A stretch of 63,161 bases of DNA, counting the filler, from Octopus bimaculoides (taxonomy: Eukaryota): assembly GCF_001194135.2 (NCBI RefSeq). It is 5 parts of 5 records of this genome, joined end to end, with 100 filler letters (N's around TTAATTAATTAA, not from the genome) between each part and the next. Parts side by side here need not be neighbours in the genome. Positions count along the whole stretch, not along the records: positions 12,448 to 42,254 come from NC_068983.1; 4 more parts are not named here. The stretch is one strand, 5' to 3'. The translations under genes and the position numbers were made by a program. This document shows positions 24,301 to 38,100 of this stretch, piece by piece. The first letter of the stretch is position 1, and each line of letters opens with the position of its first letter. The notes beneath the pieces were generated by a model. That model made no database searches and was not told the origin of the DNA. It saw nothing but the letters and a program-made list of their open reading frames with translations.

Positions 24301-27300
24301 TTATTTAGCACTAACATATGGGGATGGGAATAAGGAATTTAGTGATAGCAAAGGAAAGCAATTGCACTGGAATAAAAGAAAAGGAATAGTTTAAGTGACC
24401 AGAGACTAATAACAGAAAAGTTCACTGGAGATTGACAACAGAAGTTGTTGAGGCACTGTAGTAGTTTGCCACAAAGAAACGGGGCAATTAGGTTTGTTAT
24501 AGTGAAATTTGGTAAAGAGATATTTTGAGATCCAATTGATAAAAGGTATCGGAATTTTGACAAAAAAGAAGCTTGAAACAAAAAGGATTTATAGATTGTA
24601 TAATAGCTTAGGTTGAATAAAGAAATAATAGAAATATAATTAACTTACAGAAGGTTTTCCTTCAACAAGAAGTTATAGACTTTATTGAAAAAAAAACAGG
24701 AATTCAGGGACAAAATACAAAAGTCTCAAGGGTGTAAGAGTTCAATAAGTGAGTTGTGTGCCCCTTAATCTATTGGGTTGTAGGAGCATTTGTTTGCCAT
24801 CCCTTTGTATGTTATTTATCCACGGAAGATATTGAACTGCGTTATATGACAATAATATTAACTAATGCGCTATATGACAATAATTATACATTACTCCACT
24901 GCTGTTATTTCTCTAGTAATTAATTGTTTACAGCTAAGTGGGCGTGATCATTTAAAGGTCAAGTACTTTAGCCAGACGCATTTCATTGCCGGTGAACAAA
25001 TACAAACAAACCATCTCTCGACTAATTGACTAGATTTTTATAGAGTCGTTTCATCTGCACTTTCAATTTGCAAGTGGCAGATGATAAATGATAAAATAGC
25101 AACTGTTTCAATATGGAAAATATTGGGGTTCAAGAGTGAAACGTCAAATATTCAGTTAAGTTAGCAAGGTCCAATGACAGCACGTATACACTGGAGTAAA
25201 GGCAACACAAGCAAAAATGAAAGTCAACAGAAATTTAATGAAGAAAAACACGTGTTTAATAAGGAGAGATGTTTCATAGAGGAAACAAAACACGTCACTA
25301 AGAGTTAAAAACTAATTTGAAGGATGAAACAAAACGTTCACTCAGAAGAGATCAGAATGTCAGAGATAAATCATATGGGTATCAAAGACCGGGCAAAAGT
25401 AACTCAATCATAAAACTACAATGTTTCAAAAGTATAAAAGTGGACGAACGACATTAGAACAATATAAGACAGGAGATTAGTTAACAGCAGTACCAACTTG
25501 AAATATTGAAATATCTGCAATGGTTTATGATGGAATGGTTTAAATTAAAAGATACCCAAGAATGAATGTGAAAGGTACGGAACATGTTCCAATGCAAGGT
25601 TGTTAAATTTATAGATTAGGCTACAAGATCTCATTGATAAAATCCAGTATTGATTTGTGATAATACATAAAATCATAACTTTAAGGAATGACTTAAAAAA
25701 ACGTTATGGTGTGAAATAATGATTTGTCACAAGGCAGACATTTTCAGGAAAGGTTCGGTTGACAGCCTTCTCCAGTATATAGTTGTTATTAAATTTGACT
25801 ACAGGACTGGGTTAAAGTGGCATAGTTCAAAACCGCAGGTTATTCAATCAACTTTATCAACCAGTCTACTACCTTAATTTTTACGAAATAATAAGACGTA
25901 AAAGAAGATAACAAATGACGGCCTTTAAAAATATGACCATAACAATAATGAAAACATAAAATAATAAACATTTTGGGCAGAAACAAATATCAATAAGAAT
26001 AGAGAGATACCCAGAATACTAGATTGAATGTATTCGAAGATACACAAAAGGGGATATGCAAACAAATTGAGTACTGCACAGTAAAAAAAAGTAGAAATGT
26101 GCATAAATTTATTTTAAATAAAAAAAACTTCAAATATAGCCCCCGGTAACACCTTAGGAGCAACTTAAGTTGAAGGTGTTAGAAAAATACAGAGTGTGAA
26201 ACCATACAACTACAGTTTTGTAACTCATGAGGTAATAAGGCACCTCGAGCAAATCAGCTTGACGGTATCTATTTTAAGAAAAAGAAGGCGTTTAAACTTT
26301 ATATTATACCCTAACAGAACACTTTTCAATTATATAATGGTGCTAATGCTTAGAGCAATGGATTGTACTATGCATGATACTGATTTGCAATTTGTAAAGT
26401 ATAATGTCTATTTGAAAACTTATTGTCTTCACTATGGATATCCTGTATTGTCAATAACGAGATACTGGCCATAAATATTTTAGTTTCATCCCGATGTGAC
26501 CAGCTGCAACTCCTGGGAGCAAATAACGACATGATAAATGATAAATGATTTAATCTTGATAATTCGAGGTTGAGAATGTTAAGATGATTTGCAAAGTAAA
26601 TGTATTTTGAGGTAAAAAGAATACAGAATATTTATTGATGGATGTAAAAAATATTGGGACTAAAATGAATATTCATAACAAAGAGATAGAAGGGTAAAAC
26701 AATGCAAATATTTGGAGAATCTGGCAATCAACAGAAAAAGGATTATTCGATACAAACAAGATAGAACGGAGAACTGGCCGAATCGGTGTATCTATGACCA
26801 AGATGCTATGCAATATTCAGTTGCGACCCTTTAGATTTAAGCTGACTTCACCTTTCATTTATTAAGGTTTGATAAAATATTTAAAAGTAATATATGTGGT
26901 CGAGTTAATCGATTATACCTTTCTATAAAATTTCTGGCCGTTTACCAATATTAGGAATCAATATTATAAATTAAGTGATTTCTAAAATTGACAGAAGGTC
27001 AGAAATTATGTAAGAGATATACAGTCAATAAAATTGCCACCAGTATTTTACTGATTTGTATTTCATCGATTCTGGAAATATGAAAGTAAAATTGGCTTTG
27101 ATGTCACTTAAACTCAGAAACTAAATAGAGCAATGTTATTTGCATGTCACTCTCCCGATTCTGCTAAACCATCTTCTTTTTTAGCATATAATCAGAGAGA
27201 GAAGTGCAGCAACTATGTCACATTATTTTTCCAGATTCTTCGAAGCTGGTGGGAGGAAGGAAGTTATCCTCGAGCTAGTTCGATGTTTGCAAAAGAGCAA

Positions 27301-27500
27301 ACTCCGAAAAAAAAGTAAAAGGCATGATTTGAACTCAAAATGCAGGCAGCCAAAATAATTGTTGCAAGGAATTTTGCTCTACACCTCAGCGATGGTACCA
27401 AACTAGATAATAGGTACAATTAAAACTACAATTACAGAATTGCGTTTTTTTGTAAATATTCGGTATAATGAAATATATTTAACTATCTAAAATATATATA

Positions 27501-27729
27501 CAGGGCCAAAGGTCACTTGACAGTAAATCAAAATTCCATAAATATTATCTATAATTCTGTATTGACTCGAATGGAAAAATGTGTCGTTCAAGAAGGACTT
27601 CAGTTTGAACAATCTTCATGATGTTTCATATTTAGTTGCTTTTATTTAATTTATTCAGTTGTTGAACATGAATATATCTTGAAATTGAATGGTTTTGATA
27701 TACTGTCAGGTGACTTTTGGCCAACCTTG
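27501..27729. mobile_element. Tc1/mariner-derived MITE
   Basis: TIRs CAGGG..CCAAAGGTCACTTGACAGTA vs CAAGGTTGGCCAAAAGTCACCTGACAGTA, TA flanks. Internal RMEKCVVQEGLQFEQ-stop resembles a transposase C-terminus. Confidence 0.75.
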
Positions 27730-29772
27730 TATAGCGTTGCTGTTAATTGGATCTTTGATATGCCCACAATCTCTCGTTATAGAGATCCATTCGACGCCAT
27801 GACTATATTTCTAACATGTATACTTTGGTTTAGTAAAAATTCTACATTTCGAGTAGGCTTTCGTGTAAAAATTATATTTGATAGTTGCCTACGTAAATCA
27901 AATATACAAATTATCTTAACCACTTGTAAGATAAATACAGTTATAGATGTTGTTATGTTCTCAGCTGAGTTTAGCAGCCACTAACAAGAATAACAAACCA
28001 ATATTGCTTTAACAAGACTTAAGCACTACTCTTATGTCGGGTGGAAGGAGCATTGACCATGACTATCAATTTCTCTTCAAGAATGATGACAACAGGGCAG
28101 TTGATGTTCAATTTCAACATGTGTAAGCAAATGGCTGTAGAAAAATTGCAGTCAAAGACGGAATTCGAAAAGGCTACGTTTAAATAGGTAAGGATTATGA
28201 AAATATGTTATTTTAAGGAAAGAAGTGTGACATTATGAGTGATGAAAGGTTAGATGACTGCAGTAAGTAGGCCTGGATGGAAGTAATATACAAATTTTCA
28301 GTGAAATTGAAGTCGGTGAAAGAAAGTGAAGTGAGGAAACTTCAAACATACTTTGATAAACTATGTTTTTGCGAATTGTGCAAGGAGTGTGTATAGGAGT
28401 TAAGTTATTAGTTTTGAAGGACATTTTAATGACGATGCAACAAATTGACTATGGTTAGAAGTAATAAAAGTCATGCTAGAGAATGTGATAAAACGATTTC
28501 AACTATGGCTGTAAAGAAAATGGGAAATATTTTAAAAGGACGTAGTTTGAGAGAAACCTAAAACTATTTTTCGGGATAGATAATAAGATTTTTCGGAGGG
28601 TGAGCATTCCAACAATGAAACAATGAAAGGATTTCAGGTATGAAACAGTTTGGCAAGATTACCGCATAATGTTAGGAATAGTAAGAGTTCAGGTAGGTAA
28701 TAACAAAGACACTGTTATATGTTAACTGAATGTCATTTGAGTGTGATGACATGTCTTTGAAACATGATAGCAAAATTACTTATAGTCACATCAAAAGACA
28801 CTTAGTGAATGAAAGGGACTAAAATTCGGGTTCTGACAGTATTTAAATACTTATTGATTTCTTTCATAAGCATCAAGCTTAAGACATTCTACAGATGATA
28901 ATAGAAAGTCATGGTTCCATTTCCACTACCGACATAATTCCAACTAAACTGCGACAATATCTGTTGAGAATGCTAAGAATAAATACATGGATACATACAG
29001 GGATACATACATGGCTACATGCTCTATATTTTAAAGGGATATAAAAGATGGTATTGTAACAGTCATGAGTTTCCTTCCGTGAATATGCGCCAAAATAAAA
29101 TGTAAATTAGCCTTAAATGAGTATCGAAACATTTACGCGAACTCAGCAACCCAAAAACTTACCTTTTACTCTTCGGCACTCGATAAAATATAAGAATAAT
29201 AATTTGTTCAGGACTGGACTGTGGCCATGCTGGAAACCTACATTCAAGGATTCTTGTTTGATTGTATTAGTCCCTATNNNNNNNNNNNNNNNNNNNNNNN
29301 NNNNNNNNNNNNNNNNNNNNNNNNNNNNNNNNNNNNNNNNNNNNNNNNNNNNNNNNNNNNNNNNNNNNNNNNNNNNNNNNNNNNNNNNNNNNNNNNNNNN
29401 NNNNNNNNNNNNNNNNNNNNNNNNNNNNNNNNNNNNNNNNNNNNNNNNNNNNNNNNNNNNNNNNNNNNNNNNNNNNNNNNNNNNNNNNNNNNNNNNNNNN
29501 NNNNNNNNNNNNNNNNNNNNNNNNNNNNNNNNNNNNNNNNNNNNNNNNNNNNNNNNNNNNNNNNNNNNNNNNNNNNNNNNNNNNNNNNNNNNNNNNNNNN
29601 NNNNNNNNNNNNNNNNNNNNNNNNNNNNNNNNNNNNNNNNNNNNNNNNNNNNNNNNNNNNNNNNNNNNNNNNNNNNNNNNNNNNNNNNNNNNNNNNNNNN
29701 NNNNNNNNNNNNNNNNNNNNNNNNNNNNNNNNNNNNNNNNNNNNNNNNNNNNNNNNNNNNNNNNNNNNNNNN

Positions 29773-29824
<52 letters not shown>

Positions 29825-31159
29825 GTATGTATACATTCGTGCACACGCGTGTGTATGATGGGTTTTTGCAATTTTTGTCGAGCTAATTTCACTGAAGAGG
29901 CCATGGTCAACAAGAAGCTATGATGGAATACATATACTAAAAGTAATGCAAAGTAGGATCGAACCCAAACCTTCGTGGTTGTAAAGCGAAGCTTATAACC
30001 ACACGGCGATGCATATATCAGTCCTCCATCCATCAAAATATCTGTTTATTATTCATTTAGTTTAGTTAGAGAATGCAATAGAGGCCTAGCTTTCAGATTG
30101 TTTAATTTTCCAGGTAGTGTTTCAACATATTCCCTCTCATACTTCTGAAATCTCAACTTGCATTCATAGCTATCATCAGTACTTGATCTTTACTATTTCA
30201 GTTGAGTGTATTCTAGCTAGTTGCATGAAATATTCATTTCCCATTGATAGACATCTCAAGCATTGCCATTTCTGTTTGAACATTCATTTCTTATGAATAT
30301 ACTGTTCGAAATCAAGGCAGTCCTTTCGTTCTTCTTTGTAAGTGGCAAAACTATGCATTAATCCCTTGATGGAACAATAATTAACATTGCGCGTTTTCAT
30401 TCAATGTTTCGTATCAAATTCATTTAACAATACAATTCCATTTAACAAACTCCGAGATTATGTTTTTACTAGTAAAAGCAATAGAATTATGAGCTTCGGT
30501 GAAAGAAAAATCTGAACAAATGGTGAAGACACTGCCTGGTCACTTGACTTCTGAGAAGCAATAGTCAAATCTCCCTCATACCTAGCTTACCATCTAACCT
30601 AGACGTTGGACAAGGTAATTCGGGGTACAATGACCTGAAAATAAGATGGGATAGAATGCCTTAGATTATAGTTCTACTCGATCAAAAACGACGTGGAACC
30701 AAACGATAATGTTTTCGGCTATCTTTCCTGTATCAGTAAGATCTCTAGAACTGCTGCACATCTCTGCTTTCCAGAGCATTATGCCAATAGAGGACAAATT
30801 TTCCCTTGCATTTTGCACAGTTCTACGGTTGGCTGTTATCAATACTAGTAAATTCCACAAAGCTTCCACTGTTGTGAGTTATACATCTTTTTTCCAGAAC
30901 TTTTGTTCCAAAACCTTTCCGGATAACTGATTTTCCAAACAGAGGGTGGTCACCGTGGTGAAAACGCTCTAAATTAAACAAATATTAAATTAACATAATT
31001 AAATGAAATACAAGTACCTGCATATTAGTCTAAATGATCAAAGTTTATTAATACTGTAATGTGCAAAAGCTACCAGTAAAAAAGGCTGGCAGCATCAAGA
31101 ATTTGTAGTTCCTGCTTGTTAACGCATGTGCAGCATGCAGCCAAAACTAACAGGGTTGT

Positions 31160-31370
31160 TGTTCTTTAATCCCAAGTCAGCCCTGAATAAGATGACTAGT
31201 GATCAAAAATAACCCATCCCTGGCAACTTTGTCCTTCTCTCAAGTACTGTATAACTAAGAATACATTTACTAATCTACATTTTCAAGACGGTAGTGTGCA
31301 ATTTGAGAGGAATTTGGTTACTATTCCTCGCAGGGTCAGTAACTCAACAGGATGGTTACAGGTGTTGATT
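31160..31370 (+). repeat. Dispersed repeat of about 200 bp (ttgttgtt..ccc.agtcagccctga...aagacggt...atttg.gg.gatttg)
   Basis: Diverged relatives at about 31715-31875, 33020-33220, 34490-34690, 30530-30660(-) and 57490-57570. Confidence 0.5.
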
Positions 31371-32228
31371 CCACGGTCTTTGAAAGTTTCTCTAGGTAAT
31401 CTCACGTGTTTGACAATACTAGATCCGCATTGCAAGAACTTAATCACGTAAAAATAGAACCAAATCATTCATCCTCAAAGACCAAGCTGCATACTCTATT
31501 CACTGATACATGAGTGGGCCGCTTCGTCTTACTGTCTTTTCAACTCTTAGTGAAATGATCCCCTCACCTAAGCTGGCAGGCAGCTTACCGTCTCTACTGC
31601 GACCTGTTAATTATTCCTGCTGATACTTGTGCATTGGACTTTGAACTAGATAGTTCAATCGTTTCTACCCAGAACTGTGAATCTCTCTAGAGTTTACTCC
31701 TTTTTATTTTGCTATTGTTGTTCTTCAACCCCAAATCAGCCCTGAGACATCAGAATTATCATATAAAATGTTCTAGCTGTGACCATCTCGCCTTTTATTC
31801 AGCAACAATATCATCCATTTTCTTAAGACGGGCAGCTGTGACCGCAATTTCTAACGGGCTATGCGATCTCAGTAACTTACATCGTTAGCTCGTCCATTCT
31901 TACGCTTTTGATTTTAGCATCAATCTTTATCAATCTAGCCAATATTAGAGAGAGGCTTATAGATTTCATGGGCGTTGATACACCTCCTCTGATTAATTAA
32001 AGCAAAGCATAAATAACTTAATTAATACGAGATAAACTAGCTAATAATAACTTAACCTGTATTGAATGACAACCTTTATTCAGAGCAGAAGCAAAATAGT
32101 CGAGAGGCACTGGAGTGATACTCGTAGGGTCGTGAGCCCAAAACTCCATTTCAGAAATTTCGTTCATTTCTAAGAGCAGAACACTCTATTCTGTATTTCC
32201 GAAGAACATTGAGATGTAACTTGTTAAG

Positions 32229-32433
32229 GTTATCTCTACAGATTTTCCAGAGAAATTATAGCCAGCAATGATTTGTTACGACGCTTCGTATCCGACTACA
32301 CCTAAATATAGCACATACACCCATTTTTCCATCTTCTGTCGCATTATTGCTTACATTAGGTGTGGTCGGATACGAAAGGTCGAAGCAAAATCAGCACTGG
32401 CTATAATTTCTAAAGAGAATCTGCAGAGATAAC
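32229..32433. repeat. Long inverted repeat (fold-back/MITE-like)
   Basis: Arms 32229-32305 and 32356-32433 about 80% complementary by eye; 50-nt spacer. Confidence 0.75.
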
Positions 32434-33358
32434 AACAACAAATGATTTAGTAGCACTGCTAACACAGTAGAACATAGTGTTTAATATAATTTGTAGTATA
32501 TCATGATTGCATAACGAAACACGGCGTCTCTACAAGGTATTGATTCAAATGTAAAGCTATAAAGTGAGAATACTACCTGCTTTAGAACGGCGTCCCATGC
32601 AGCAGAACATTTATCTCCTTCACTTACGCCAATAAACCAGAAATAAGCATCGCCTTTAATAAATACCTCATTGGAAGAGTGACCTTTCTTACATTATTTA
32701 CTTACTGCAATAGAATACCGTTCCCGGATTCAGAATCTTAAAACAAAGACAGCAAAATTTCGCTTAACTTAATGTGATTAACATTTACAACGTGGTTAAT
32801 ATGTGTAATTTAATATAAGATATACTTGATTACAATTAATATATCAATTCTCAGGGCCTCAACTTCTGGACCTGGCTTTTAGTGTAAGTTCATTCATCTG
32901 CGCTCCCCTTACATCCTTTGTCAGTTGGTTTACTTTTGTGAATTTTTAGCACGTTTTTCCTCTCTTAGTCTCAATACTTCAACAGACCCGATTCTTTAAG
33001 CTTGCCCAACTAAATAAGCTGTTGTTGCTGCTATGAAAAAAGCCAGCCCTGACTGAGCAGACCAACTATCAAAAAGCATTCTAGCTGCGACCATCTGGCT
33101 TTGTCTTCATGGCATAGTGTACCCCGATGAACATTATGCAATTTCTTCTTTTTTATAACATGATAGGGCATGATGATTGGAAGAGCATCTTGTTATTACT
33201 TTTTTCAGATCGAACGACTGCATAAAGTATCTCTCGTTGGGTTTTCCTAGTGTCTTAAGTAAATATTTGAATATCCTTTATCAATACATACAGATAATAC
33301 AATTCATTAAACATGTATATATTATGATATACATTGTGATATACGCCGGTGACGGTGA

Positions 33359-33733
33359 AGGCGCAATGGCCCAGTGGTTAGGGCAGCGGACTCACGGTCG
33401 TAGGATCGCGGTTTCGATTACCAGACCGGGCGTTGTGAGTGTTTATTGAGCGAAAACACCTAAAGTTCCACAAGGCTCCGGCAGGGGATGGTGGCGAACC
33501 CTGCTGTACTCTTTCACCACAACTTTCTCTCACTCTTTCTTCCTGTTTCTGTTGTACCTGCATTTCAAAGGGCCAGCCTTGTCATACTTTGTGCCACGCT
33601 GAATCTCCCCGAGAACTACGTTAAGGGTACAAGTGTCTGTGGAGTGCTCAGCCACTTGCACGTTAATTTCACGAGCAGGCTGTTCCGTTGATCGGATCAA
33701 CTGGAACCCTCGTCGTCGTAACCGACGGAGTGC
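33359..33733 (+). mobile_element. tRNA-derived SINE family S3
   Basis: A box tggcccagtgg, B-box-like gtttcgattac; near-identical inverted copy at 9682-10050. Confidence 0.85.
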
Positions 33734-36376
33734 NNNNNNNNNNNNNNNNNNNNNNNNNNNNNNNNNNNNNNNNNNNNNNNNNNNNNNNNNNNNNNNNNNN
33801 NNNNNNNNNNCCAACCAAAGAAGAAAAACGCCGGTGACGTTGTTGCTGTTTCTATTCTTCCCCCTTACCCATCGACCTCAGGCAGCTGTTCCTCACTTTC
33901 TTTGTCTTTTTTTTCTCCCTCTCTTTCTTGCTCTTTTTATCTTCTATCATTCTCCTCTATCATCCATTCGCTCTGGTTCTTTTCACTTGGTTGTATGGAA
34001 AAGACAACAACAAACGAATGGAAACAGCAAACGTTCACTCCTATGCCGGTGAACAAATCACTGGGGTCAACATAAGCTAGAGCGAAGTTTAAACTAGTTG
34101 GAGACAAGGTAATTTCTTTACTACTGATACCACGATAAATTTTCTGTTACAAGAAGACCCCTAATCCTTTCTAAAAAATATATAAAATTTCAACAACTAT
34201 TAAGTATGCCAGAGTCCAATTTACTAAGATTTCGTAAAACAGTCATTCTTTAAAATTTTCACTAATTTCCTATTTTTGCAAAAACTGTGGCGATACGAAG
34301 CTCAAAATATTACTGTAGCGTGACATGCTAGCAACATAATGAATCTTTGTGATACTGTGACGTAACTCGATGCTCTGATATACTGCAATAATATGAATTA
34401 GTGCTATATTGCACTAGTTTATATCATTGGTATAATTATAGTGGCATAATTATTGTCGGCGGTGATAGTGGTGGTAGTTGTGGTGATTATCTGCAGATCA
34501 ATCTTGATCAAGCAAACCTGTAATCAAAAGCTGTTCAGCTGTGAACAACGTATTTTTTCGGGTTATGTCTTCAATTACGTAATCCAATTTGTCTTTCATG
34601 TATTTAAGACAATATGATTCGATTTTTAAGGGATTTGACAACTATTTCAATCAGGTCAAGTGAATGCGTAAAGATTTCTTCATAGGCTCGGAATAGTGAC
34701 GATATTGTTGATGCTCAGTTCCAGTTTAGTCTTAATACAACAGACCATTATTCAAAAACAAACTAACTCTAACCATCTTGTTTTGCTGTTGGGAAAAGTG
34801 TATCCAGAGTTGTATTGTCTAATGACTTATTTTTTCAAGAGGGACATTTGGTTATTGCCTCAAGTAGTCCGAGCGATCGCGTAGTGACATCTTCATTGGG
34901 TTGTAGTGGTACTGTGATACGCTAAAAAGCTGTAATAGATTATGGTATTGTTAAATGAGGTGTTACAAGATGATACATTGGTGTAGGGTTTCACAATAAA
35001 GTGATTTGATTGTCAGTATTAAAATGTGCTACGTTGAAGTTTTGTGAAACGCTGATATAAAGAATTCTGTCCCATCTAAGATATAATCTCTAATCGGCTA
35101 CAAAAATCTGAATCGAGAAATTAACACGTACCTAGCATGTAGCTAACATGTATTTATTTCAAAAATTGTTATCTGTCCGTTAGACTGGAAAACTTAAACT
35201 TTCAGCAAATAGTACAGGCCATTTAGATACATAAACCAGTATTTTATGACCCCTAGTTGACCCAACAAGAAAGCCTATGTGGTCATTCAACATACTAGAA
35301 ATAGCAGTCAAAGCTCCAACAACTGTCTTAAAGGCTGTTTGTGGGGCAATAAAACAATATGTTGATAAAACATAAGTTTGGTTGCCAATACTAGGAGCAT
35401 CTGCAGAGTAGAAAATTTTATACGTAACACAAATAGTTAGATGACTATTCGCCAGCGAATACCAGGCGTTCCAAAATATAACTGACCGAAAATTGATTGC
35501 AGACGCATTGAGTACACCCATTTCCAATATACAACGAGTGGTTGGTGAATAGAGTCGTGAAGTATTCTGCCTTGACCAAGCTGACGGATTCTCACCCGAC
35601 TGTGGGTGGTTTTTTNNNNNNNNNNNNNNNNNNNNNNNNNNNNNNNNNNNNNNNNNNNNNNNNNNNNNNNNNNNNNNNNNNNNCATCCCATTCTTTCTAT
35701 ATAACTGTTTTGTTTTTCCCCAATACATTTTTGAAACTTTCATGTTTCAAATTCTCCTTGTATGAATGAAAGATTCTTTCTTGGCAAATCAGGAAGAAAA
35801 GATTATTATTAGCAGAATAGTTAGAGCATTGATTTTTAGTTACGATTCGTGGTGTTTTGAATTCAAATACTTCCTAAGTGATTTTGCCTTTCAACTTTCT
35901 GGGGGAGATAAAATAAGCACCGGTGAAATGCGGGAGTCGATTAAACCAACTAATCTCTTCATTCAAATTTCTGGCATTGAGCCAACGTAAGAAACTATGC
36001 TGGTGCGAAATATTGACAGAATCCTTAAACCGGCGAGCAAAATGCTTTGTAGTGTTTCTCGCGGCACTCTTATGTTCTGAGTGCAAATTCCACCAAGGTG
36101 AACTTTGCCTTTCATCTTTCCAGGATCGATAAAAAAGCACCGTTAAGCGCTTAGGTTGATGATATCGATTAATCACCTCACCTCAAAATTGCTGGCTTTG
36201 TTCCAAATTCAGAAACAATTGTTATTATACGAAAGCAATTGCACGCTAATTTAATTAGCAGGGATCATCAAATTTCAAGAATTTCACCTTAGGATTTGTG
36301 CAGAAGACAGGATGGCACTTTTCTTCAGGTTGGCAATAAGTGACTCATCATCATCATCATCATCATCATTTTTATT

Positions 36377-36469
<93 letters not shown>

Positions 36470-36716
36470 AAGGCGGTGAGCTGGTAGAATCGTTAGCATG
36501 CCGGACGAAATGCTTAGCGGTATTTTGCCTGTCGCTACGTTCGTAGTTCAAGTTCTGCCGAGGTCGACTTTGCCTTTCATTCTTTGTGTCGATAAATCAA
36601 GTACCAGCTGCATACTGGGATCGATCTAACGACTGCCCCGTTCCCGCAGAATTTCAGGCCTTGTGCCTATAGTAGAAAGGATTATTATTATTATTATTAT
36701 TATCATCATCATCATC

Positions 36717-36758
<42 letters not shown>

Positions 36759-36991
36759 GTTATTCAGGCAGTGAGCTGGCAGAATTGTTGGCACGCTTGA
36801 CTAAATGCTTAGCCATATTTCGCCCGTCGCTACGTTCTGAGTTCAAATTCCGCCGAGGTCGACTTTACCTTTCATCCTTTCGGGATCAATAAATTAAGTA
36901 CCAGTGAAACACTTAGGTCGATGTTATCGACTAGTCCCCTCTCCACACATTTCAAAACTTGTGCCTATAGTAGAAAGGATTATTATTATTA

Positions 36992-37034
<43 letters not shown>

Positions 37035-37160
37035 AGCGGCGAGCTGGCAGAGTCGTTAGTAGGTCGGGCGAAATGCTTAGCGGTATATCGTCCGTCTTCA
37101 CGTTCTGTGTTCAAATCCCCCTCCCCACAAATTCCATGCCTTGTGTCTATAGTAGAAAGA
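36470..37160 (+). mobile_element. Three tandem S1 SINEs (36470-36680, 36766-36978, 37033-37160) separated by (ATT)n
   Basis: Three head-to-tail homologous units; the third lacks its middle. Confidence 0.85.
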
Positions 37161-37162
37161 AC

Positions 37163-37205
<43 letters not shown>

Positions 37206-37566
37206 GAGTGAGAGATCAGTGCATGCCATTAAAGTGGCACTGGGGCAAAATATATGAAGCCCAGTATACCCACCATGACTACCCGTCTGATAAGGGTACA
37301 CCAGGCACATGCATCACAACCATATGTGCGCGACATGGTGATCTCATATCAAGATAAACAGCGCATGACCTCGCAAGTGGGGGTCCAGTTAGAATTTTCT
37401 TCAGGTCGAGTAACCCATTCCACTAAAAAAGGTCCCTGAATAAGGTTTGTTTAAGGATGTTAAGCAAAACACCCATGTTTCCAAAAGTTAATTATTCAAA
37501 CCCCAAAGAATTCCTCTCAACACATGGCTATGATGCTCCCCCACTACTTCTGCTCATGATCAGAGA
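37206..37566 (-). mobile_element. Family E copy (5' part lost in N gap)
   Basis: Clear homology to 14826-15330, same 3' end. Confidence 0.75.
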
Positions 37567-38100
37567 NNNNNNNNNNNNNNNNNNNNNNNNNNNNNNNNNN
37601 NNNNNNNNNNNNNNNNNNNNNNNNNNNNNNNNNNNNNNNNNNNNNNNNNNNNNNNNNNNNNNNNNNNNNNNNNNNNNNNNNNNNNNNNNNNNNNNNNNNN
37701 NNNNNNNNNNNNNNNNNNNNNNNNNNNNNNNNNNNNNNNNNNNNNNNNNNNNNNNNNNNNNNNNNNNNNNNNNNNNNNNNNNNNNNNNNNNNNNNNNNNN
37801 NNNNNNNNNNNNNNNNNNNNNNNNNNNNNNNNNNNNNNNNNNNNNNNNNNNNNNNNNNNNNNNNNNNNNNNNNNNNNNNNNNNNNNNNNNNNNNNNNNNN
37901 NNNNNNNNNNNNNNNNNNNNNNNNNNNNNNNNNNNNNNNNNNNNNNNNNNNNNNNNNNNNNNNNNNNNNNNNNNNNNNNNNNNNNNNNNNNNNNNNNNNN
38001 NNNNNNNNNNNNAATAAATACCAATTGAGGTCGGTGTAATCGACTTCATTCGTCCCCCGAAATGACTAGCCTAGTATCAAAATTTGAAACCATTATTATT

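Noticed and set aside
27679-27984. 101-aa ORF with an upstream acceptor-like site
   Set aside because: Its start overlaps the right TIR of the 27501-27729 MITE; no recognisable motif or partner exons.
24250-28900. A-rich strand-skewed region with faint LINE-like words (e.g. VKDGIRKGYV near 28155)
   Set aside because: Probably ancient LINE debris, but the motifs are too decayed to assign by eye.
33359-33430. tRNA-like sequences at SINE heads
   Set aside because: No complete cloverleaf with an acceptor stem; they continue into SINE bodies, so they are not called tRNA genes.
35460-35560. KLIADALSTPISNIQRVV, resembling a transposase helix-turn-helix
   Set aside because: Single short motif; no TIRs or catalytic region found.
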